Source: Gemmata obscuriglobus
GTDB lineage: Bacteria > Planctomycetota > Planctomycetia > Gemmatales > Gemmataceae
Assembly (NCBI RefSeq): GCF_008065095.1
Contig: NZ_CP042911.1
Location: 3,930,001-3,962,000, forward strand
DNA: 32,000 bases
Direction of reading: 5' to 3'
The notes beneath the pieces were generated by a model, which did not search any database, was not told where the DNA came from, and worked only from the letters and a program-made list of their open reading frames with translations. Below are positions 24,806 through 32,000 of the stretch, piece after piece; within the stretch, counting starts at the first letter, position 1, and each line of letters begins with the position of its first letter. The translations under genes were made by a program, and so were the position numbers.

Positions 24806-26404
24806 CCAGTGCTATGCACATCTTGGATTTGTATAACTGATTGCGGATTGCTGATTTAGGGTTTTCACTGCGACGAAATTGGGGTTAACCGAGTGGTCGT
24901 GGGACGCGGGGTGGTGCGGGGTCCGCGACCCGGGACATGGAGGTCACCGTGATTCTGCCACCTCATCAGCGCGTCCCACGCTCCCAACCGCACGCGCCCA
25001 CGGACTTCGCGCGCCAGGTCCTGGAGGGCCTGCCACTGGCCCACGCGTCGCTCGCACTCTTCGCCTATGGCGTTCCCGACCCGGTCCTCGCGGACCTCTA
25101 CGAGCGACATCGGGGACGCGGCTATGAGGACGTCGTGACCTTCGCCCAACTGGTCACCTGGATCTTCGATGCGCTCATCGAACACCAGGGCTCGGGGCGG
25201 CAGGCCCACCTGCGACGCCACCGGCAACCCGACGACGGGTGCCACGAAGCGTTCTACGGCAAGCTCCGGCGCATCCCCCGGGGCCTGAGCGAAGCGTTCC
25301 TGCGGGACGTCACCGACCGGTTCACCGCCCTGTTCCCCGAGGTCGTCGCGCACCGCCTTCCGACCTCCTTCGACCGCCTGGAGGTTCTGATCCTCGACGG
25401 CAAGAGTCTCAAGAAGGTGGCCAAGCGACTCGTCGACACGCGGGGCACACCGGGCAAGCTCTTGGGCGGAAAACTGCTCGTGGCGTACCGGCCCCGTGAC
25501 GGGTTGGTGCTCGACATGGCGGCCGATCTCGATGGCGAAACCAACGAGGCCAAACTGATCCCCGATTTGATGCCCCGAGTGCACGCCCGAGGCGGTCCGG
25601 CGAAACTGGTGGTCGGGGATCGGTTGTTCTGTGCGTCGAAGCACTTCGCCGAGTTCACCAAGGACAATGGTCATTTCGTGGTGCGGTACGCGCGGACCCT
25701 GTCGTTCGAACCCGACCCGAAGCGCCCCGCGGTCACGACCGCGGACCCATCCCAACGAGCCGTGGTCGAAGAATGGGGGTGGGCCGGGAAGCCCAAGGAC
25801 AAGCTCCGCCGGTACGTCCGGCGGATCACCGTCGCGCGCCCGGTGGGCGAAGCGATTACAATCCTCACGGACCTGCTCGATTCGGCCCCATACCCGGCGA
25901 CCGATCTGTTGGACCTGTACCGCATCCGGTGGACCATCGAAGGCACGTTCCAAAAGGTGACGGCGATCTTCGCCCTGGGTCGGTTCATCGGTTCGACACC
26001 GGAGGCGACCGTGTTTCAGGCGTCGATGTGTTTCGTCCTCGCGAACGTGGTGCAGGTCCTCCAGGGCTATGTGGTTGCGAAGCGGAAGGTGACCATCGAC
26101 GACCTCTCGACGGCGCAGTTCTGCACGGACTGGCATCGTCAGTTGGCCGCGCTCAAGGAGTTGGTCGAGGTGTCGATGATCGTGTCCCTGATCCCGACGG
26201 ATCAGACGGCAGAGAGTGTGGGAACGTTGTTGGATCAGTTATTGGGCACGATGTGGAAGCCGGGCTGGGACAAGACACGCAACAAGGCGCCCCGTGCCCA
26301 CCCGCACGCCGCGAAACAGAAGGGGGCACACACCTCCGTCCAACGGCGTCGACAAGCCCACAAGCCCAACGAGGATCCCTGAACTCAGTTGTGCACAGCA
26401 CTGG
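24806..26404 (+). mobile_element. Complete IS, 1599 bp, IS4 superfamily (family unresolved)
   Basis: Imperfect 21-bp IR: ccagtgctatgcacatcttgg and ctcagttgtgcacagcactgg (17/21). Perfect 7-bp direct repeat cgccacc (24799..24805, 26405..26411). Intact 481-aa ORF. Confidence 0.85.
24937..26382 (+). CDS. DDE transposase (IS4 superfamily)
   Basis: 481 aa: ..LEVLILDGKSLKKV.., ..LVVGDRLFCASKHF.., ..DLLDLYRIRWTIEGTFQKV.. (YREK-like signature). Confidence 0.85.
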   Translation: MEVTVILPPHQRVPRSQPHAPTDFARQVLEGLPLAHASLALFAYGVPDPVLADLYERHRGRGYEDVVTFAQLVTWIFDALIEHQGSGRQAHLRRHRQPDDGCHEAFYGKLRRIPRGLSEAFLRDVTDRFTALFPEVVAHRLPTSFDRLEVLILDGKSLKKVAKRLVDTRGTPGKLLGGKLLVAYRPRDGLVLDMAADLDGETNEAKLIPDLMPRVHARGGPAKLVVGDRLFCASKHFAEFTKDNGHFVVRYARTLSFEPDPKRPAVTTADPSQRAVVEEWGWAGKPKDKLRRYVRRITVARPVGEAITILTDLLDSAPYPATDLLDLYRIRWTIEGTFQKVTAIFALGRFIGSTPEATVFQASMCFVLANVVQVLQGYVVAKRKVTIDDLSTAQFCTDWHRQLAALKELVEVSMIVSLIPTDQTAESVGTLLDQLLGTMWKPGWDKTRNKAPRAHPHAAKQKGAHTSVQRRRQAHKPNEDP

Positions 26405-26407
26405 CGC

Positions 26408-26473
26408 CACCCGCCGGCTGACACCGGCGGTTCGACGAGCCGCGGTCGAACCGCCGGTGTCAGCCGGCGGGTG
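26408..26473. repeat. Perfect 29-bp-stem hairpin (inner arms of a ~150-bp foldback element)
   Basis: 26408..26436 pairs with 26445..26473 without a mismatch. The loop is gagccgcg. Outer arms are 24762..24784 and 26497..26519 (22/23). Confidence 0.85.
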
Positions 26474-26625
26474 CAACCGACGCACTGCCGAGTAGTTACT
26501 CTTCAAGCGGATTTGGTATAAGTCGCTGTTTGTATGGGCCTCGGGCTTCTGAATGTTGATTGTTGCACACGCGCGATGCGGGCGTTTGGAGCGCGGTATC
26601 CCGAGCGCCGCACCCGCGCAACGTG

Positions 26626-27336
26626 TTACTGTGTTACCTCGCCCCAATCGAGCACGCGCTTCAGCCGCGCTCCGAGCGGGGACCGGCCGAATGCCTGTCG
26701 TGCCGCGACGGATACCCCGTTGTAGCTCACGTCCAGTTCGCGCAGCCGCGGGAACCCGGGGCTGGTCCCGAGCGCGGCCAGTCCCCGGTCGCCGATTTGT
26801 TGCCCCGGAATGCCAAGCCGCACCAGCTTCTGAAACGTCCCACCCGCAAGTGCCGCGGCCCCGGATTCGCAGAGCAAACCGCGCCCGCGAACCACGAGTT
26901 CAGTTACCCGTCCGAAGATCGGCCACTTAAGCACGGTGGCAAGTCGACGCGAGGTCACGTCGGGTGTCAGCTCGAGGTACTCGATGAGCAGCAACCGAGG
27001 GTCGTCGGCACCATCGGCCAGAGACGCGGTCAGTGCAGCCCGGTACGGAAAACCGCGCCGGTAAAACGCCAGCCGCGTGAACCCCGGCGGCAGTTCGGTC
27101 TGCCACACCACATCCCAGCGATACAGCAACCGACTGACACGCTGGCGCGTGTCGTCGCGGTCCGGATGGCTGGCCTTCATCCGTTCGAGTTGCACCGAGA
27201 GCCGGATGAACTCCGCACGAGCGACCTGGGCCGGCGCGCCGGCTTCGTCGAGGTAATCGGCGTAGATCAGGCGCGGGGTGTCTTCGTCGGGCTGCGCGGC
27301 GATCGCGCGGAGCAGGGCGGCTTCGGTGTCCGTCAT
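26626..27336 (-). CDS. TIGR02996-like N-terminal domain / LRR-like protein (paralog 3)
   Basis: ATG at 27336: MTDTEAALLRAIAAQPDEDTPRLIYADYLDEAG..RAEFIRLSVQLER..FYRRGF.. and tail ..LVRLGIPGQQIGDRGLAALGTSPGFPRLRELDVSYNGV... The ORF-track start at 27528 is an upstream extension. Confidence 0.8.
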   Translation of the reverse strand: MTDTEAALLRAIAAQPDEDTPRLIYADYLDEAGAPAQVARAEFIRLSVQLERMKASHPDRDDTRQRVSRLLYRWDVVWQTELPPGFTRLAFYRRGFPYRAALTASLADGADDPRLLLIEYLELTPDVTSRRLATVLKWPIFGRVTELVVRGRGLLCESGAAALAGGTFQKLVRLGIPGQQIGDRGLAALGTSPGFPRLRELDVSYNGVSVAARQAFGRSPLGARLKRVLDWGEVTQ

Positions 27337-27368
27337 CGGGCGTCTCCCACCCACGTCCGGCGTGCGGA

Positions 27369-27516
27369 TCACAGTTCCACCCGCGAACCGAACTTGGTGA
27401 GCAGCGCGGCCCGGGTCGGGTGGTCGAGGTTGTTCCCGCGCAGGTCGAGCTTGCGCAGCCCCGCGAAATGAGGCGATGCCGCCAGCGCGCGGCCGCCGCG
27501 CAGACCGACCAGATTC
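27369..27516 (-). pseudogene. C-terminal fragment of TIGR02996-like/LRR paralog 2 (split by IS)
   Basis: After removing the IS and one gattc copy, the frame continues ..LWLGSN|LVGLRGGRALAASPHFAGLRKLDLRGNNLDHPTRAALLTKFGSRVEL* with the stop at 27369..27371. Confidence 0.75.
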
Positions 27517-28773
27517 CAGTAGTTTCAAGTTGGCGGCTTGGTTTTGTTGGCCGATCGTGCAGTAGTAATGGACTTATTTTCGCCATCTGTAGGTGCCAGC
27601 CCATCGGCCAACAGTATCAGGCATACCGCCGCCAGTGTCCACCCGAGGCCGCGGGCTGAGCGGGACCACAACCAGGCGTTACGCAGGATCAGCCCGACGG
27701 CCACCCACAGGAGTCGCACGACCCCATCGGTGGTCGAGGTCCGGGGCCGAACCTGCCCCAACTGGCGGTAGCTGCTCTCGATCCCGAATCGGGTCCGGTA
27801 CAGGTCCCGAATCGCCACCGGGCTCCCGCTCACCCGCCACGCCGCGTACAGTAACTTCTTGCTCCGCCGGCCCCCGGTCCGCCGGTACCGGTAGCTCTTG
27901 TGAGCGATCACCACGTGCACCCGCACCGAGGTGCCCCGATCCGCGTGGGTGTACGCATATCGACCCGCGCCCCGCCGCCGCACGGCCCGCAACCCGACCC
28001 CCTTCACCCCGGGCCGGGGCTTGCGGCCCCGGACCACGGCCGGGATCACGAACGGCACACCCCGCGCCTGGAGCAACCGCATCACCGCGATCGAGAAGAA
28101 CGCCTTGTCCAGCAGCGCGACCCGGACCGTAACCCGTGCCGCCGTCACCTGATCCAACAGCCGGGTGAGCACCGCGGTCATCGGCTCCTTCTCGCCCACG
28201 GCCGTCAACCCGAGCGTGTACCGGTCCGGTCCCCCGACGAGGCACGCGGTGGCGTACGTGTGGAACGTGTGGGTGCCGCCGGCCCCCTTGGACCGGGTGG
28301 TGTCCCGGTTCGGCGTCCCGAAGTACCCGATCCGGTGGTAGTCGATCGCGACCCGAGCCGCCCGCTTCCGCTTGCCGAGCGGGGCGTGGAGGGCCGGCCG
28401 CAACCGCCGCTCGAGGGTGCGGCGCCGCTTGGGCAGCGTGAGGTACAAGCAATCCCAGATGGCCTGCCCGGACGGGGCGTCGGCGATCGCGGCACAGGCC
28501 GCGGCCACCGAGCGGGCGAACGCCGCGGCGAACAGCACCACCCGCCACACCACCTCGGGTGTACAGGTGCGGCGACGCTTGGGCAGTTGGACCGCACGGC
28601 CGAGCCAGTCGGTCAGGACCGGACGGAGGTGCCGGGTGGCGTGGGCCGGGGTGGCTCGGATAGACTGACGTTTGGGTCGCATGGGGGCTCCGACAGTGGA
28701 GGCGTGGTAACCACCATTGACCGGTAAACCCATGCGGCCCGCTACTCATAAATCGCCCAACTTGAAACTACTG
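27517..28773 (-). mobile_element. ISH3-like IS (IS4 superfamily), copy 3, complete, 1257 bp
   Basis: 17-bp perfect terminal IR: cagtagtttcaagttgg and ccaacttgaaactactg. 5-bp direct repeat gattc (27512..27516, 28774..28778). Intact ORF. Confidence 0.9.
27525..28682 (-). CDS. DDE transposase (ISH3-like)
   Basis: Start taken at MRPKRQSIRATPAH.. (ATG 28682), which is conserved in copy 2. The ORF track starts at 28733. Motifs: ..VAIDYHRIGYFG..GTHTFHTYATACLV.., ..ALLDKAFFS.., ..DLYRTRFGIESSYRQL... Confidence 0.85.
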   Translation of the reverse strand: MRPKRQSIRATPAHATRHLRPVLTDWLGRAVQLPKRRRTCTPEVVWRVVLFAAAFARSVAAACAAIADAPSGQAIWDCLYLTLPKRRRTLERRLRPALHAPLGKRKRAARVAIDYHRIGYFGTPNRDTTRSKGAGGTHTFHTYATACLVGGPDRYTLGLTAVGEKEPMTAVLTRLLDQVTAARVTVRVALLDKAFFSIAVMRLLQARGVPFVIPAVVRGRKPRPGVKGVGLRAVRRRGAGRYAYTHADRGTSVRVHVVIAHKSYRYRRTGGRRSKKLLYAAWRVSGSPVAIRDLYRTRFGIESSYRQLGQVRPRTSTTDGVVRLLWVAVGLILRNAWLWSRSARGLGWTLAAVCLILLADGLAPTDGENKSITTARSANKTKPPT

Positions 28774-29398
28774 GATTCGATCCGAGCCACAACTCGGCCA
28801 GCGCCGGGAACCGGCCGTCCGCGAGGGCGGCCGCGGTGTCGTCGTCGGCATAGTTCCCGTGCAGGTCCAGCACGGAGAGCCGCCCTAGGTGGGGCGAATT
28901 GACCAGCGCCCGAAGTGCCGAGGCGTCCGCCCGCCCGGCGACCAGCCGCAGGGCGCGCAACCGCTCCAGTTCGGGCCGCCGCGCGAGGTCCTGGACCCGT
29001 GACCGCGCCCGGTGCGGCACCAGCCACCGGAGCCGCAAGATGTGGATGCCCGGAACCGCAAAGATCTCCGCCGCACGGTCCACCACCGAAGCGGGGCCGT
29101 CGGCCAGCACCTCCTCAATCAGCCCGCGCCGGAAATCGCCCCACTCGATGCCGGGAATGCGGGGCAGTTCGGCCTTCCATGACGGGACCCAGTTGTCGAG
29201 GTAGAACCGATTCTTGCGCACGAGCGGGGTGCGCTCCTCGCCGCTCAGCCCCGGCCGGTTCAATGCGACCTGGTTGCGCACGAAATCCGCCCGCTCGGGT
29301 TGATCCTGCTCTTCGAGCCAGTCCGCGTACATGAGGCGCGGGGTGTCTTCCTCCGGCTGTTCGCCGATCGCCCGCAGCAGCGCGTCGTGGTCGTTCAT
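28774..29398 (-). pseudogene. N-terminal fragment of TIGR02996-like/LRR paralog 2 (split by IS)
   Basis: ATG at 29398 (alternative GTG at 29407): MNDHDALLRAIGEQPEEDTPRLMYADWLEEQDQPERADFVRNQVAL..FRRGLIE..LRALVNSPHLGRLSVLDLHGNYADDDTAAALA..LAELWLGSN. The frame then runs into the IS IR. Confidence 0.8.
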
Positions 29399-29411
29399 GG
29401 GTGTCACCCGC

Positions 29412-30029
29412 TCAGAATCCGCCGGATGTCGCGAACGGGAACCGCTGGTGGAACCGGTCGCGGACGCGGTCGGACATCGCCCCCTCGGCGTACCAGAGCA
29501 CGCGCAGCCCGGCGAAACTCGGGCACTCCGCCAGCGCGAGTGCGGCAGCGTCGGTCAGCCCGCGCACGTCGAGGTACAGACGAGTGACACTCCGCACCCA
29601 CGGCAGGTTCCGGCACAGTACGAACACACTGCCGGGCGAACACGGCCGGAGAAACAGCTCGCGCACCGGCGTGAGCCGCGCGAGCCCCGCGCCGTACTTA
29701 ATGACCCTCGGGGCCGGCAGGTTGAAGTACTCCACGAACCCGCGGCGAAACACCCACCCGCCCCACTGTCCCGGCTCGCAGTGCAGCAGCCAAGCGAGCG
29801 GCGCGACCCACTCGCGGTCGTGGGCAACAAGCAGATCCCGCTGCCGCAACTCGAGTTCGCACCGGCGCGCGCGATCGGTCACGCCGCGGGCCAACTCGAC
29901 CTGCACCCGCACGAGTTCCGCCCGAGCCGGATCATCGTTCTCGTCGAACCAGTCCGCCATCGCCAGCCGGAGTGTGTCGTCCTCGGGTTCCGCGATCAGC
30001 GCCTGGAGCAACGGGTTGTCTGGACTCAT
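29412..30029 (-). CDS. TIGR02996-like N-terminal domain protein (paralog 1)
   Basis: ATG at 30029 (GTG at 30032 in the ORF track): MSPDNPLLQALIAEPEDDTLRLAMADWFDENDDPARAELVRVQVELAR..FRRGFVE..LYLDVRGLTDAAALALAECPSFAGLRVLWY... Confidence 0.8.
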   Translation of the reverse strand: MSPDNPLLQALIAEPEDDTLRLAMADWFDENDDPARAELVRVQVELARGVTDRARRCELELRQRDLLVAHDREWVAPLAWLLHCEPGQWGGWVFRRGFVEYFNLPAPRVIKYGAGLARLTPVRELFLRPCSPGSVFVLCRNLPWVRSVTRLYLDVRGLTDAAALALAECPSFAGLRVLWYAEGAMSDRVRDRFHQRFPFATSGGF

Positions 30030-30458
30030 CACGCTACACCCGACCGCACTACCAATCTTCTAAAATTCCAGGCGATCAACTTCCCCGGCTTATTTGTTCC
30101 ACGACCAATTTCGCAGTCGTGAGCGGCGGCGTGATCGTGACCCGTTGCCCGGCGGGCGCAACCCTCCGGACGACGTCATGTCACCTGCTGGAGCGAATAT
30201 ATGGTCATCAAGAAGCGTAACAGTTCCCTCGCGCGGGAGCAACTCGCCCGCAACCGGCGTCGGCCACGATAACGATGGGGCACCGCTCGACGTGGTGGCC
30301 GGCGGGGCGTCCGATCCGCGCCATTTTTCCAGATCCGCCAAAGGGGGGCGGCTCGATCGCGAACCGCCGGCGGGCCGGCGGAATGCGGCCCGAATAATGT
30401 GCGGGCGGCCGCTCACAACGTTTATAATGGGCCGCGCACCTCTCGCCCGAGACGACTC

Positions 30459-30968
30459 ATGCGCACGGAATCGGACCTCTTGTCCACGATGCGGGGCGGT
30501 ACGCCGTACGCGGGCTTGCGCGGTCTTCGGATACTGATTGTTGATGACAACCGGGACGGCGCGAATTCGCTGTGCGACCTGCTGGCCATTTGCGGCGGCG
30601 TGGTTCACGTGCGATACAGCGGCCGGGCGGCCATGGAGGCGATTGCCTCACTGGCGCCCCAAGTTGTCATTCTCGATCTTTCCCTGCCCGATATGAACGG
30701 CTGCGAGGTGGCGGCTGAGGTGCGCGCCGCAGACCGCTCGGGCGGGCCGGCCCTGATCGCACTCACGGGCCATGCCGACGACAAGACCCGCGAGCGGGTG
30801 GCTCAGTGCGGCTTCGATATGCAGTTCATCAAGCCGGTGGACCCGGGCGAATTGCTGCACGCGATCGGGTCAATGGCGGGTCAGGGTGGTCTCGTTGCGG
30901 GGCCGACGGAGCCGCGCTCGGTCTGTTCACAGTCGGAACCGACCGCGGAACCCGGCGGCACCGGGTAA
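30459..30968 (+). CDS. Response-regulator receiver-domain protein (CheY-like, no output domain recognised)
   Basis: ..LRILIVDDNRDGANSL..VVILDLSLPDMNG..LIALTGH..FIKPVD.. covers the acidic pocket, phospho-Asp, Thr and Lys positions. Start at ATG 30459 or 30489. Confidence 0.8.
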   Translation: MRTESDLLSTMRGGTPYAGLRGLRILIVDDNRDGANSLCDLLAICGGVVHVRYSGRAAMEAIASLAPQVVILDLSLPDMNGCEVAAEVRAADRSGGPALIALTGHADDKTRERVAQCGFDMQFIKPVDPGELLHAIGSMAGQGGLVAGPTEPRSVCSQSEPTAEPGGTG

Positions 30969-31162
30969 TTGCTCTGCCTCGGGTCAAACAGTTGAAATTC
31001 GGTTGGGCCTGGGGGCCAGAACGCGGCCCGATCTTCGCATCTGGCCCTGAACTCTCGCCACGCGTTCTAACGCACGGTCCCGACCGATTCAGCCGTTATT
31101 AAAGCGCGGACGCATCACCCGGTCCGTACATTAACAATCACCCTCAGCTCGCGAGTACCATT

Positions 31163-31429
31163 GTGAAATCAAAAGAGCCGTTCAACGCCGAACAACAGGT
31201 CCGCGCCATGCTCGATCGCGGGTGGTTGTGGCGGGACCCGTTGTCCAGCGTCTTGGTCCACCCTCAAGACTACACCCTGTTCGCGGTGTACGATCACGAC
31301 GCCGGGACGCTCACCTACTCGGCGGCGCTGCTCGAAGCCCTCGAACTGGTCATCCCGACCCCACCCCATCAGAGCCGGTACTACTGGCCGGACGAGAACC
31401 GGGCTTACCAAAAAAGCAAACGCTCCTGA
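31163..31429 (+). CDS. Hypothetical protein
   Basis: 88-aa ORF with GTG start and non-repetitive composition (MKSKEPFNAEQQVRAMLDRGWLWRD..). No recognisable domain. Confidence 0.35.
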   Translation: MKSKEPFNAEQQVRAMLDRGWLWRDPLSSVLVHPQDYTLFAVYDHDAGTLTYSAALLEALELVIPTPPHQSRYYWPDENRAYQKSKRS

Positions 31430-31601
31430 CGTGCACAGAAGCGCGCTCACTTTTCTTGAACGCCGCAGACAGATTCACTTGCTGCGGACGCGACACAGCG
31501 ACCCGCCGCGGCACGCGGGCGTACGGTCTGACGTGTTCGGGTGGGTTACCCGGCGCTGACTCGATAGAGTGAGGCAGCGGTTCTCTTTACCAGGAGGCGT
31601 A

Positions 31602-31820
31602 ATGGGTTTGCGAATGCGGGTGCACGATCGGGAACCGATCGGTGCGGCCCTGCGGCGTTTCAAAAAGCTGGTCGAGCGCAGCGGGCTGAAGCGCGAGGTC
31701 CGCGCTCACGAGTACTACGTGAAGCCGTGCGAGTTGCGGAACCGGAAAGAGGCGAACCGGTTGCGCGCGATCAAGAAGGCGGCGCTCGGCAAACCGGTCC
31801 GGAAAGAGCGCCCGTTCTGA
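31602..31820 (+). CDS. rpsU: 30S ribosomal protein S21
   Basis: ATG at 31602 lies 4 nt after AGGAGG: MGLRMRVHDREPIGAALRRFKKLVERSGLKREVRAHEYYVKPCELRNRKEANRLRAIKK.. (S21 pattern ..ALRRFKK....G...E.R....Y.KP...R..K). Confidence 0.85.
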   Translation: MGLRMRVHDREPIGAALRRFKKLVERSGLKREVRAHEYYVKPCELRNRKEANRLRAIKKAALGKPVRKERPF

Positions 31821-31828
31821 GTCGTCAC

Positions 31829-31860
31829 CGCCTCCGAGCTGATGCGTCAACTCGGAGGCG
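31829..31860 (+). terminator. Possible terminator hairpin after rpsU
   Basis: 10-bp perfect stem: cgcctccgag (31829..31838) and ctcggaggcg (31851..31860), starting 9 nt after the stop codon. No U-tract follows. Confidence 0.35.
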
Positions 31861-32000
31861 ACCGCCACCAAGATCCCACGGGGTGGCACATCATACGGCC
31901 CGGGAATCCGGCCGCTGCTGACATTCCGATCAACGTTCCCGAAGTGCTTTGCCATCGACAGTTAGTGCCGGCGTCGGTTCTCAGTACCGGCGCTCCCCAC

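Noticed and set aside
30423-30428. TATAAT hexamer about 30 nt upstream of the receiver-domain gene.
   Set aside because: No convincing -35 element at the right spacing. A single hexamer match is not enough to call a promoter.
31587-31955. 122-aa minus-strand ORF overlapping rpsU.
   Set aside because: It is antisense to a gene with an unmistakable S21 sequence and a strong AGGAGG. It has no features of its own.
1-32000. Looked for CRISPR arrays, tRNA/rRNA genes, retron, toxin-antitoxin or other known defence-gene signatures.
   Set aside because: No regularly spaced direct repeats, no cloverleaf-like tRNA sequences or rRNA-like stretches, and no recognisable nuclease, RT or toxin motifs were seen by eye. 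All repeats found are explained by IS/MITE copies.

Overview
GC-rich bacterial chromosome segment that looks planctomycete. It is probably Gemmata-like, because several paralogs carry the N-terminal motif ..DDTPRL(V/I/M)(Y/F)ADWLEE..RAEFIR.. that I associate with the TIGR02996 'repeat-companion' family, followed by LRR-like tails. Roughly half of the window is insertion-sequence material. It holds 15 IS copies or remnants from about ten families: ISH3-like x3, IS701-like, an unresolved IS4-superfamily IS (one complete copy plus one fragment), two IS630 remnants, IS3 x2, an IS4 remnant, ISAzo13 x2, ISL3, ISKra4 and ISAs1. Many are nested inside each other. There are also two kinds of short non-autonomous TIR or foldback elements. 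For most elements I could read the terminal inverted repeats and target duplications directly. That allows broken host genes and broken transposases to be re-joined in frame. Between the IS blocks lie these genes: a YsnF/DUF2382 stress protein, an ArsR-SRPBCC pair, a small membrane protein, a GT39 (ArnT/PMT-like) glycosyltransferase, an orphan T2SS-F/PilC-like protein, DUF309, an enolase-superfamily enzyme, an alpha/beta hydrolase, three tandem TIGR02996-like/LRR genes (one split by an IS), an orphan receiver-domain protein and rpsU. I recognised no rRNA, tRNA or CRISPR array. The best candidates for unexplored biology are the tandem TIGR02996/LRR paralog array and the two families of small structured mobile repeats. 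I did not find a recognisable defence or toxin system. All family names come from motif recognition by eye and no searches were run. Start codons are often uncertain in this GC-rich DNA.
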